A DNA stretch of 20,865 nt, taken from UHGV virus genome UHGV-1781188. One strand, written 5' to 3'. A program made the translations under genes and the position numbers. Source of the stretch: a virus. Positions within the stretch are counted from its first letter, which is position 1, and every line of letters starts with the position of its first letter. This document shows positions 7,615 to 14,876 of this stretch, piece by piece. The notes under the pieces were generated by a model. The model saw only the letters and a list, made by a program, of their open reading frames with translations. It made no database searches and was not told the DNA's origin.

Positions 7615-7646
7615 CAATCAGTCTCCTGTCTTGTTAAGATGAAGGT

Positions 7647-7675
7647 ATTATTTCACACAGGGTTGGTGTTGTCAA
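7647..7675 (-). promoter_or_regulatory. sigma70-like promoter (weak -10)
   Basis: minus strand TTGACA (7675-7670), about 17-bp spacer, AATAAT. Confidence 0.35.
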
Positions 7676-7693
7676 CACCTGTGTGCAAGAAAA

Positions 7694-8089
7694 TTACTGA
7701 AACAGTGCGGATAAATTACCTTCTGGTGGGAACTTATCTGCCAAAAACGGTGTTAGCACAGTAGCCTTCTGAAGATCTGGGGTCCACTCGTTGTTCAGAA
7801 CATCCCAGTAGTACGCAATGTTACTGTGTGGGTGCCGCATTACGAACTTTTTCCATTCGTAGTCATCTGAAACCTCTACAGAAGAAATAACAACAGAATC
7901 TTCAAGGGTTTCTTCATAGAAAGATCCGCCTTCAAATTTCCAACGAGATGCAAGAGCCCCTGCCTTGAACGCTGCAGATAACGGACTGTCGGCAAGAACA
8001 TACATTTCTTGCACTCTGTCGCTGCGATCTTTGCTTCTTACGTTGTACACAGTATCTGAGCTATACTCAACACGGTATAGGCTTACCAT
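7694..8089 (-). CDS. hypothetical protein (131 aa), paralog family C
   Basis: SD gaggaggt upstream; shares an HP(D/H)S..YW...W.TP..L.. segment with 9896-10294. Confidence 0.7.
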   Translation of the reverse strand: MVSLYRVEYSSDTVYNVRSKDRSDRVQEMYVLADSPLSAAFKAGALASRWKFEGGSFYEETLEDSVVISSVEVSDDYEWKKFVMRHPHSNIAYYWDVLNNEWTPDLQKATVLTPFLADKFPPEGNLSALFQ

Positions 8090-8421
8090 TACCGCACCTC
8101 CTCAATAACTTCCACATCTGAACCCACCACAAATGCAAAAGGACAGGTTTCATGAAAGACATCCGGATCGCCGCCAAGCTTGCTAACAATTTCTCCACCA
8201 CTAATAAACACAAGCTCACCGATATTCATCAGATTGCTGAAATAGTATCCATAATGATTAAAGAATGCAGCAGGGTCAGGTAGACTAGTAGCCTCAAGTT
8301 CTACATCGGTTGAGATTACTTTCTTATCATAACCTCTCGCCTTCTGAGATGCAAGATCTGCAGAATCTTCAGGCGACCGGAGATGCACAGGAATTGTTTC
8401 ACCAATAAAGCGTACTTTCAT
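8089..8421 (-). CDS. small protein (110 aa), paralog family A
   Basis: start moved to MKVRFIG (SD ggtga upstream); shares LVF(I/V).G...L..G and VGSD.E.(I/V)EE with other family A members. Confidence 0.65.
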   Translation of the reverse strand: MKVRFIGETIPVHLRSPEDSADLASQKARGYDKKVISTDVELEATSLPDPAAFFNHYGYYFSNLMNIGELVFISGGEIVSKLGGDPDVFHETCPFAFVVGSDVEVIEEVR

Positions 8422-8425
8422 ATTA

Positions 8426-8689
8426 TCACCCAACAACCATAGCTTCAAAAGGGGTCATGAACGAATAAACGGCATCATCATCTGCTTCAGGGAATGCTCC
8501 CAAAGACTTCATGTCTGAGCCTTTGACAAATACAAGGTTTTGATCAAAAGCTTCTTGGGGGTCAATCCGATACATATTTCGTAGAATATCGCCTACCTCC
8601 TCATCAAGAGGTGAGTATGCTGTGCACGTTTTTCCGATCAAGCTTTGAGAATCAGGGTATCCACCTGAAGTTTTAAAATAAACAATCAT
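8426..8689 (-). CDS. small protein (87 aa), paralog family A
   Basis: GYPDSQSLIGK and LVFVKGSDMKSLGA match the family A core. Confidence 0.65.
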   Translation of the reverse strand: MIVYFKTSGGYPDSQSLIGKTCTAYSPLDEEVGDILRNMYRIDPQEAFDQNLVFVKGSDMKSLGAFPEADDDAVYSFMTPFEAMVVG

Positions 8690-8744
8690 ATAGTATCACC
8701 TATGGTAAGAGATTGGGATTCCTTTCCCACAAATAATTACAAAC

Positions 8745-8761
8745 CTTCCTTGTCGAGGAAG
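8745..8761 (-). terminator. short hairpin followed by a U-rich tract (weak terminator candidate)
   Basis: cttcct / aggaag 6-bp stem; on the minus strand followed by gtttgtaattatttg; downstream of CDS 8781-9050. Confidence 0.3.
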
Positions 8762-8780
8762 TATGCTAATCCAAGCAGGA

Positions 8781-9050
8781 TTATTCCTCTACAATCTCAT
8801 ACACATCCGGAGTTACAATCAACTCTTCTCCGTTACCTGGTGCAACAAACACCACCATTCCTTCAGGTGTGTGCTTTTTAGCCATCTCGATAACATCTTC
8901 TCGCAGAGCTGGCTCCATCAGATCAAAACCTTCACCCAGGGCATCACGAACCACCTTCATATAGTCAACTGGTTGTGCTTCGACAATCATGCCTTCAACC
9001 AGTCCACAGTTTTTGTCTGCCAGCTCAGTTTTGAATAATTTAATTTTCAT
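8781..9050 (-). CDS. small acidic protein (89 aa), paralog family B
   Basis: MKIKLFKTEL N-terminus and ...YEIVEE C-terminus parallel 7357-7614; SD gaggaga upstream. Confidence 0.7.
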   Translation of the reverse strand: MKIKLFKTELADKNCGLVEGMIVEAQPVDYMKVVRDALGEGFDLMEPALREDVIEMAKKHTPEGMVVFVAPGNGEELIVTPDVYEIVEE

Positions 9051-9076
9051 TTAGAGGTCTCCTCAATTATTTGATA

Positions 9077-9178
9077 TTAATAGCCGTAACCTAACACATT
9101 AACTACAACTGCGATTGCAAACATAATTTCAAAGCATGCAATCTCTACATTTGGGACTAGTTTCTTAATCACGCCCAT
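9077..9178 (-). CDS. small hydrophobic peptide (33 aa)
   Basis: MGVIKKLVPNVEIACFEIMFAIAVVVNVLGYGY; SD gaggtg upstream, overlapping the stop of the HPF-like gene. Confidence 0.4.
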   Translation of the reverse strand: MGVIKKLVPNVEIACFEIMFAIAVVVNVLGYGY

Positions 9179-9187
9179 TGTAGCACC

Positions 9188-9505
9188 TCATTCTCCAAAG
9201 TCAATCTTTACTTTGCCTTTCCCCTTACCTTTCTTTCCACCGCATTTAGCCAGCTGACGTGCTGCAACATCTACCATACGGTCAGTTGCCTCGTAAGCAT
9301 CACCACCTTTAGCCTTGGCAATAACTTCTTTTCCAGAATTGTCAAAAATGAGCGCCATAACTTCCTGGTGATCATTTTCAACTTTTACACTCACACGTGC
9401 ATAGTTGGCAGAGGGGTGCAAACGCTCCAGCTTAGACATTTTGTGGGAAATGAAAGACACCATACCTTCAGTGATTTCTACGTTGCCAGTGATTTCAATT
9501 TGCAT
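9188..9505 (-). CDS. hpf: ribosome hibernation promoting factor-like protein (HPF/RaiA/YfiA family) with Gly/Lys-rich tail
   Basis: N-terminus MQIEITGNVEITEGM and the segment KAKGGDAYEATDRMVDVAARQLAK match hallmark HPF/RaiA motifs as I remember the E. coli proteins (N-terminal ITG..(M/V)EIT and C-terminal D.Y.AI..L...L.RQL); SD aaagga upstream. Confidence 0.8.
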   Translation of the reverse strand: MQIEITGNVEITEGMVSFISHKMSKLERLHPSANYARVSVKVENDHQEVMALIFDNSGKEVIAKAKGGDAYEATDRMVDVAARQLAKCGGKKGKGKGKVKIDFGE

Positions 9506-9523
9506 AACGTGTTCCTTTTAAAG

Positions 9524-9544
9524 AAGAGGGAACCAAACCCTCTT
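9524..9544 (-). promoter_or_regulatory. hairpin in the leader of the HPF-like gene
   Basis: aagaggg / ccctctt 7-bp stem with a 7-nt loop, between promoter 9553-9581 and the hpf RBS. Confidence 0.35.
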
Positions 9545-9552
9545 TGAAAACA

Positions 9553-9581
9553 ATGATACTAAATCTGAAGCGTTGTGTCAA
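9553..9581 (-). promoter_or_regulatory. sigma70-type promoter upstream of the HPF-like gene
   Basis: minus strand TTGACA (9581-9576), 17-bp spacer, TATCAT (9558-9553). Confidence 0.5.
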
Positions 9582-9587
9582 CAGTTT

Positions 9588-9878
9588 TTACAGCTTGTTG
9601 TCGATAGTTTTTAAAATATCCACAGCAAGATCTGCCATTTTTCGAACATACTCTGCAAACTCAACAGGATCCTTGATCAAAGAATTCACAGGGTCGTACC
9701 CTAGAGCGTTTAAAATGGCTGCAGCATCTACAACCTTCTCATCATTTGCGAAGATCTCTCCGTCAAACTTGTAGGTCCATTTTGAGTCAACCTTAGCAGA
9801 GCAGGGTTTGTCCATGCTTGTTACACCATCGTCTTTAAACTCTCCTGCGTTATCAATATTTAGAATTAAATCCATCAT
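9588..9878 (-). CDS. hypothetical protein (96 aa)
   Basis: ATG-ATG start with SD gaggtg upstream. Confidence 0.65.
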   Translation of the reverse strand: MMDLILNIDNAGEFKDDGVTSMDKPCSAKVDSKWTYKFDGEIFANDEKVVDAAAILNALGYDPVNSLIKDPVEFAEYVRKMADLAVDILKTIDNKL

Positions 9879-9895
9879 GGTGACACCTCACTGTT

Positions 9896-10294
9896 TCAGT
9901 TTAGCTTTTCTTCAACAACCCCATAACTTGGGGCAGAGTCAAGAGCTTTCTGGTTTAAAAGTGGCGTAGCAGAATCTGCAAACGGTGTCCAAGTTTTTGT
10001 TCTGGCATTCCAGTAATGCTTCACTCTGGAATCTGGATGCACTATAACAAAAACTTTTTCACTTGTCAACACATTAATTTCTTCTACACCCTTGCTGATA
10101 ATTTCTCCGTCATAGCCCCCAGTCTGGTATCCTTCGTACCAGGTTCTTGCATAGGCATAGCCAGCCTGCCAGCATGCAGCCTCCTCCGAGGTGGAGACTA
10201 CGTAGAAGTCTTTCTCAAATTCTGGAATACGCCCTTGCTTTACGCTCCAAGCCCCGCGAATTTTCATTGTAACTTTAAACAGTTTATTTTTCAC
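9896..10294 (-). CDS. hypothetical protein (132 aa), paralog family C
   Basis: HPDSRVKHYWNARTKTWTPFADSATPLL aligns with 7694-8089; the track start is GTG and the true start is uncertain. Confidence 0.6.
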   Translation of the reverse strand: MKNKLFKVTMKIRGAWSVKQGRIPEFEKDFYVVSTSEEAACWQAGYAYARTWYEGYQTGGYDGEIISKGVEEINVLTSEKVFVIVHPDSRVKHYWNARTKTWTPFADSATPLLNQKALDSAPSYGVVEEKLN

Positions 10295-10306
10295 AACGGT
10301 TACCCA

Positions 10307-10561
10307 TCACAGCTCTACAATATCTGCATCTGACCCTACCCCAAAGGCATAATAGGACTCTTCCCCGAAATAGTATTCAGGTGCACCAGCGGTGATCAGG
10401 TCTGATCCCAAGATAAACACCACGTTGTGGCCTACATAGCTGTGATGTTGCCGCACAGGATCATCCCACGGCAACCCTTCAAAGTATACCGCAGGAACGA
10501 CCTTTCCCTTCAGGAAGGATTGTCCCAAGTAGATGTTAGAATCAAGAATTTTAACCTTCAT
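10307..10561 (-). CDS. small protein (84 aa), paralog family A
   Basis: MKVKILDSNIYLGQ...GSDLITAGAPE... closely parallels its neighbour 10551-10775; SD ggagga upstream. Confidence 0.7.
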   Translation of the reverse strand: MKVKILDSNIYLGQSFLKGKVVPAVYFEGLPWDDPVRQHHSYVGHNVVFILGSDLITAGAPEYYFGEESYYAFGVGSDADIVEL

Positions 10562-10775
10562 GATCGTCCTCCACTACCTCTACATCCTCGCCTAGGGCAA
10601 AGTTGTAGGTCCACTGACTGTCAAAGCAGTCCTGAGATGCACCAGCGGCAATAAGATCTGCCCCTTTTATTTTTAAAAGGTCAGGGTAATCTTCGTTAGG
10701 GACAGCAGTAAACACTTTTCCTACTAAAGGCTCCTGACCAATATAGAAGCTTGAATCTAAAACTTTAACTTTCAT
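10551..10775 (-). CDS. small acidic protein (74 aa), paralog family A
   Basis: start at ATG 10775 (ATGA overlap with upstream stop; track start 10778 is TTG); MKVKVLDSSFYIGQ...GADLIAAGASQ. Confidence 0.7.
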   Translation of the reverse strand: MKVKVLDSSFYIGQEPLVGKVFTAVPNEDYPDLLKIKGADLIAAGASQDCFDSQWTYNFALGEDVEVVEDDHEG

Positions 10776-11062
10776 CAACGGTCTCCATCAGGTGGTTGTG
10801 GGACGTAAACACTGTTACGAATATCGTCCGCAGTATAGTAATAAGTGTCTCCAACCCTATCTCTGGCTGCAATGTACTCTGCTATGCCAATAAGTGCCAT
10901 TGATTTGGTGGCGTATCTTCCCAACTCGTTAGCTCCCCAGTAGAATTTAGACCAATAGGGAATAAGACCGAACAAATATACCTTTTGACGAACTTCCCAG
11001 TAAGTGCCTTTCCCGACAAGTTTAAACTCGACTTCACCACTGTTAATCTTTTTCATTATCAA
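10775..11062 (-). CDS. hypothetical protein (95 aa)
   Basis: ATGA overlap with the upstream gene; Trp/Tyr-rich. Confidence 0.65.
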   Translation of the reverse strand: MIMKKINSGEVEFKLVGKGTYWEVRQKVYLFGLIPYWSKFYWGANELGRYATKSMALIGIAEYIAARDRVGDTYYYTADDIRNSVYVPQPPDGDR

Positions 11063-11355
11063 TCTCCCTCCACCGTGGTCGGATTGTCAGTAAGAAATTG
11101 AGCATTAGCTGGAGGCACACCTGACATTTTCCACACAACCATAAGTTTGTAACCAGGCACTCTATTAAGTGCAGATCGAGTAGAGTTTGTGCACGTATAT
11201 TTTCGCTTTCCAAACCCGTTCTCAAGCATGATCCAGTATCCCGTGTCTTTATCACCTGGAATTGGTAATCCCTCATCGTCCACCCATTGAATGGACCATG
11301 GCACGATGGCTACAGCTTTATATTTAAACTTTTTAAACCACTCAAAAAGTTTCAT
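11059..11355 (-). CDS. hypothetical protein (98 aa)
   Basis: SD gagg upstream; intact ORF. Confidence 0.65.
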   Translation of the reverse strand: MKLFEWFKKFKYKAVAIVPWSIQWVDDEGLPIPGDKDTGYWIMLENGFGKRKYTCTNSTRSALNRVPGYKLMVVWKMSGVPPANAQFLTDNPTTVEGD

Positions 11356-11358
11356 AAT

Positions 11359-11448
11359 TCAGCCTCGCATAGACATAATCACTATAAACAGGCAAACAAT
11401 GAATCCGAATGCCACGCCACCCATAAACGTTAATATTGATGCAATCAT
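11359..11448 (-). CDS. small hydrophobic peptide (29 aa)
   Basis: MIASILTFMGGVAFGFIVCLFIVIMSMRG; fills the gap between two genes; SD gagg inside the upstream gene end. Confidence 0.3.
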   Translation of the reverse strand: MIASILTFMGGVAFGFIVCLFIVIMSMRG

Positions 11449-11450
11449 AG

Positions 11451-11636
11451 TCAATCAGCCTCGCTTGGCAACTCTTCCACCTTAACATGCCGAAAAGTGT
11501 TACCGTAATGGTTGATCCATGACATCAGCTCACTTTCTTGCTCTTCCTCTGGGATGAACTCTCGAATACTGACAAGTTTTAAGAAAACCCAATCACAATC
11601 TGCACCCATTCTACCAGACAGACAATAGTGCTTCAT
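11451..11636 (-). CDS. hypothetical protein (61 aa)
   Basis: SD ggaggg 5 nt upstream of ATG. Confidence 0.55.
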   Translation of the reverse strand: MKHYCLSGRMGADCDWVFLKLVSIREFIPEEEQESELMSWINHYGNTFRHVKVEELPSEAD

Positions 11637-11655
11637 AAAAACCCTCCATCCTGGT

Positions 11656-11856
11656 TTAGAATACTGCCTCTTTTAATGATCCAAGGAGCAGCAGGTGTGA
11701 AATCTGATCCACATCCATGGTAGATTCAATCTCCTCTTTTTTGAAAGGTTCTCGGCAAAACAGTACTACATTTGGGTTTTCGCTACGCACTATATAATAC
11801 AGATCGTTCAAATCATTCTCATAGTAGGTATTAAATTTAAGAATTTTGTCACTCAT
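11656..11856 (-). CDS. hypothetical protein (66 aa)
   Basis: ATGA overlap with the upstream gene. Confidence 0.6.
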   Translation of the reverse strand: MSDKILKFNTYYENDLNDLYYIVRSENPNVVLFCREPFKKEEIESTMDVDQISHLLLLGSLKEAVF

Positions 11857-12140
11857 TTTCTAATCCTCTTCTTAGATTTTTGTGCAGAAACGCTTTCTGC
11901 AATACGAGACAGGCGTTCTTCTGAAGCTTTACCTACCCCAGGTTTCTTGAGCGGGTTATCTTTATGACCGCAATCCAATTGGATGCTAGATACCTCCCCA
12001 ACCTTGTAAGTCAATTCTAACAAAAGGTTGTCGTCCTTGTCAAATGTTTTTACGATAAATTTTTTATCGTTCTCCTGAACTTCATATCTGGTACCTGCAG
12101 TATACAGCATGGTGCCATCAGCATAGGATATCCAGATCAT
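11853..12140 (-). CDS. hypothetical protein (95 aa), basic C-terminus
   Basis: ATGA overlap with the upstream gene; C-terminal KSKKRIRK. Confidence 0.6.
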   Translation of the reverse strand: MIWISYADGTMLYTAGTRYEVQENDKKFIVKTFDKDDNLLLELTYKVGEVSSIQLDCGHKDNPLKKPGVGKASEERLSRIAESVSAQKSKKRIRK

Positions 12141-12484
12141 TGAGCCTCCTTTTGCTGCAACAGCATTAACTCTTTGTTAGAGATCTTTACTGCTGTTTTT
12201 ATTGTTCCATCTTCACGAAACCACGACCAGAACTCTACAGTGTCACCACTATCAAGTAAAGCATGCCCATGGTAAAAATCTTTGTCCTTAGACAGTTTCT
12301 CATCTATATCTGCATCAACACATTCGTGATCCATAGCATTTTGCCTGAACGCATCGGTTATGCCAATGCACGCCTTGCTCTCAAGACTGGTATATCCGAT
12401 ATCTTTTAATTCAGTTTCCCAAGTCCAGTACCCTATAAAAGCTAAAACAGCTACCCACAGTAATAACGTTTTAATCTTTGGCAT
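12137..12484 (-). CDS. secreted or membrane-anchored protein (115 aa)
   Basis: N-terminal MPKIKTLLLWVAVLAFIGYW hydrophobic segment (signal peptide or TM anchor); SD agaggtagagag upstream. Confidence 0.65.
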   Translation of the reverse strand: MPKIKTLLLWVAVLAFIGYWTWETELKDIGYTSLESKACIGITDAFRQNAMDHECVDADIDEKLSKDKDFYHGHALLDSGDTVEFWSWFREDGTIKTAVKISNKELMLLQQKEAQ

Positions 12485-12514
12485 TCTCTCTACCTCTTTC
12501 TTAGTTTATTTCAC

Positions 12515-12563
12515 TATGGCACATCCTTTGTGCCATATCTCAACTACTACTTAAATAGTAGTT
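12515..12563 (-). promoter_or_regulatory. two adjacent perfect hairpins / palindromes in the intergenic spacer
   Basis: TATGGCACA-tcctt-TGTGCCATA (12515-12537; 9-bp arms) and AACTACTA-cttaaa-TAGTAGTT (12542-12563; 8-bp arms, overlaps the stop of CDS 12547-13017). Confidence 0.5.
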
Positions 12564-13017
12564 CAAAATAGTGCAAAATTAACAGAAGTTGAACTACACC
12601 TAGTGCAACGGCGAGTATGTTAATCTTAGAATCGAAAAACTTCTTAACTTTTACTCTAAAAGGTTCCTTAATGTCCTTTACGATCCTATCTATAGATGAC
12701 CTCATATCTCTGATTACCATCCTGAACATTAAAGACGGATGCTCCCCCATCTCTGTAACGGAATCGAAAACATACTCTCTTCGGTCATAAGGGCCGCCAG
12801 CTCTGCGTATTAACCTCTCCACAGAGACCTCGAACGTCACACCTGTAACGTAATCATCTATAACAAGTCGTGACGGGTCTTTACCTTTACTATCAAGAGG
12901 TATCAAAGTTATCTTTCCAGATTTTGTTAAAATTTCCCCTTTTTCAAGCAAGGTGTACCAATGCTCTCTGCCAAGACTGTTGAGGCACGTTTTTACATAT
13001 TTAACAAACATCGTCAC
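12547..13017 (-). CDS. tail-anchored membrane protein (156 aa)
   Basis: C-terminal INILAVALGVVQLLLILHYFELLF hydrophobic helix; ATGA overlap with the upstream gene. Confidence 0.65.
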   Translation of the reverse strand: MTMFVKYVKTCLNSLGREHWYTLLEKGEILTKSGKITLIPLDSKGKDPSRLVIDDYVTGVTFEVSVERLIRRAGGPYDRREYVFDSVTEMGEHPSLMFRMVIRDMRSSIDRIVKDIKEPFRVKVKKFFDSKINILAVALGVVQLLLILHYFELLFK

Positions 13018-13199
13018 CCCTCATCGCACGTCTGATATAACCACTCTATAAAATCTTGATACCATTCGCCCTCTGAGCGCTCCGTAGGCCAATAATCTTC
13101 ACCCTCTCGTGCATTAAAATCTGAGTATTCAACTTTCCACTCCTTTACCAGCTCGTGGAGAAGGTTTTCAGCCTGCTCTAAAGATTTATTTTTTACCAT
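13014..13199 (-). CDS. hypothetical acidic protein (61 aa)
   Basis: start moved to MVKNKSL (SD aaggaga 6 nt upstream). Confidence 0.55.
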   Translation of the reverse strand: MVKNKSLEQAENLLHELVKEWKVEYSDFNAREGEDYWPTERSEGEWYQDFIEWLYQTCDEG

Positions 13200-13293
13200 T
13201 GCTGTCTCCTTTTTCAAGATAGTTATACATCAGAACTGCACCACCTAAGATGGCTACCAGTAACAATATCCCAGATAGCATCTCAATAAACAT
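13186..13293 (-). CDS. possible small hydrophobic peptide (35 aa)
   Basis: MFIEMLSGILLLVAILGGAVLMYNYLEKGDSNGKK; no clear SD; overlaps both neighbours. Confidence 0.25.
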   Translation of the reverse strand: MFIEMLSGILLLVAILGGAVLMYNYLEKGDSNGKK

Positions 13294-13435
13294 GGCTTGA
13301 AACACTGGAAGGTCTCCCTAAATTAACGCACCATTTTAAATACATGCTCTTTTCCCATAAAGGTGCCTGGCTAAGATCTGCGTAGAACGCAATCTCTTTA
13401 AGAACAGTATAGATAGTTTTAGGTGCGGTCTCCAT
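13283..13435 (-). CDS. hypothetical protein (50 aa)
   Basis: internal start METAPKT with SD aaggagag upstream; overlaps the end of 13419-13646. Confidence 0.4.
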   Translation of the reverse strand: METAPKTIYTVLKEIAFYADLSQAPLWEKSMYLKWCVNLGRPSSVSSHVY

Positions 13436-13646
13436 CCCTACTCTCCTTCCTGATATTCTTGTAGTAATCAACTAGGCACATTATTACGATGAAGATAACA
13501 ACAGGCCAAAAAGGTGCAGCAGTGATGATGGTGATAAAATCATCAAACTTCACCCTTCGTCTGGACACGATGCATACACCTGTCAAGAATACCGCTGTTA
13601 TAACGGACATTACCAGGTAACCTATTAGCACAACATTTATACTCAT
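13419..13646 (-). CDS. small membrane protein (75 aa, two predicted TM helices)
   Basis: two long hydrophobic stretches; SD agggagg upstream. Confidence 0.6.
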   Translation of the reverse strand: MSINVVLIGYLVMSVITAVFLTGVCIVSRRRVKFDDFITIITAAPFWPVVIFIVIMCLVDYYKNIRKESRDGDRT

Positions 13647-13676
13647 TGGTCCTCCCTTTGTAGGTTAAATTGTATA

Positions 13677-14201
13677 CTACAAATGGTCGCTGAGGGTGTC
13701 AAGAAAATTATCCCGTTCTTTCTCAGAGTTTTCATGTGTGTAGCTGAAAAACATATCGAGAATAACCTTATTGATATATTCCAGCTCCTCTGTGTTCAGA
13801 TGCTTAGCAGGATCTACAATGACATCCCAAATATCATACAGACCACACTCATGATACCCATAACGCCACTCAATTGTCAAGCTGAGCGGCAAATCTTTAC
13901 CTTCACAAACAACCTTCCATCTACATATGTTGGTATCTGGTCGTACCTGTGCACGGTACACCTGCACAAAATCCAATTTGAATTTGAGGTACTCGTCATA
14001 CAATTTAAGCACAAAGCTCTCGATTTGTGGAGACACTTTTGCAGCAAACTGTGCGTATTTGTACTTGCACTGGATGATCTTTCTGCGTTTTGCAGTTAAA
14101 TTTTTTGCCGCCAGTTGTTCTTCAGTGTATCTCCACCTACGATCAACAAACGCAACAGGGTCTTTGTCCCCATAGAGGTCTTCCCAGTTAATCAGAAGCA
14201 T
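13677..14201 (-). CDS. hypothetical protein (174 aa)
   Basis: start at ATG (MLLINWEDLY) with SD ggaggag upstream; the track start is GTG. Confidence 0.65.
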   Translation of the reverse strand: MLLINWEDLYGDKDPVAFVDRRWRYTEEQLAAKNLTAKRRKIIQCKYKYAQFAAKVSPQIESFVLKLYDEYLKFKLDFVQVYRAQVRPDTNICRWKVVCEGKDLPLSLTIEWRYGYHECGLYDIWDVIVDPAKHLNTEELEYINKVILDMFFSYTHENSEKERDNFLDTLSDHL

Positions 14202-14206
14202 ACCTG

Positions 14207-14440
14207 TCACTCCTCCACAACTTCAAGGCCTTTACCGCCTCGCTCTGGCAGATTACTTAAAGATAGGTAATACATATAATCAGGAGAGATCCTGCCAGAC
14301 TCTGCACCTGCAGCTAGTAAATCCTTCCCTTTAACCAGGACAACATTCTCGTTTGCAGATAGCCGTTTTGCTTCCACAATTTTACCAACACAGTCAACCA
14401 AGGAAGGGTACCCTAAATCTGTAAGAAATTTAACTTTCAT
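14207..14440 (-). CDS. small protein (77 aa), paralog family A
   Basis: MKVKFLTDLGYPSL...GKDLLAAGAESG...LEVVEE; SD aggaggt upstream. Confidence 0.7.
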   Translation of the reverse strand: MKVKFLTDLGYPSLVDCVGKIVEAKRLSANENVVLVKGKDLLAAGAESGRISPDYMYYLSLSNLPERGGKGLEVVEE

Positions 14441-14477
14441 GCTACCTCCTACCTACCGTCCCTGGTAAGATAAATTA

Positions 14478-14876
14478 TTACTGAACAGAGCGCGGTGCTG
14501 GGAAGGATAACTCTTCTAAAGAGAAGATTTCATTTCCTACCACCCAAGTTGCTGGGTCATCTGGATCAACAGGTTGGATAATCATTACCTCATCCGCCTC
14601 GCACACACGTTTCCCACCCATAGTAGCGTCAGCCACTAACATACGCGGCTCTTCAGAAATGCACAGGTAGCCACCTCGGCCCACTGTTCCTTCCACGGGA
14701 TCCTGCCCTTTGACCACAATGAATACCTTCTCTCCTGTGGAGATATTACTTTTCACACTAACAGTTTGACCAACTTTAGATGTACCGATCTTGGTGGCTT
14801 CAAACATTAAATCCCGAATTACTGTTGCATAGTTGCCGGACACTTTCTTACCTTCTTTAGTAATCTCAATCTTCAT
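14478..14876 (-). CDS. hypothetical protein (132 aa), MKIEIT-type N-terminus
   Basis: ATGA overlap with the upstream gene. Confidence 0.65.
   Translation of the reverse strand: MKIEITKEGKKVSGNYATVIRDLMFEATKIGTSKVGQTVSVKSNISTGEKVFIVVKGQDPVEGTVGRGGYLCISEEPRMLVADATMGGKRVCEADEVMIIQPVDPDDPATWVVGNEIFSLEELSFPAPRSVQ

Noticed and set aside
8089-8448. Longer N-terminal extensions given by the track (8089-8448, 4908-5279, 4600-4911, 5630-5947, 14873-15148, 15149-15463)
   Set aside because: Internal ATGs with proper SD spacing and paralog alignments indicate shorter products; the extensions would run through terminators or upstream coding sequence.
11043-11276. Track ORF 11043-11276 (77 aa)
   Set aside because: Out of frame within the better-supported gene 11059-11355, with no independent start signals.
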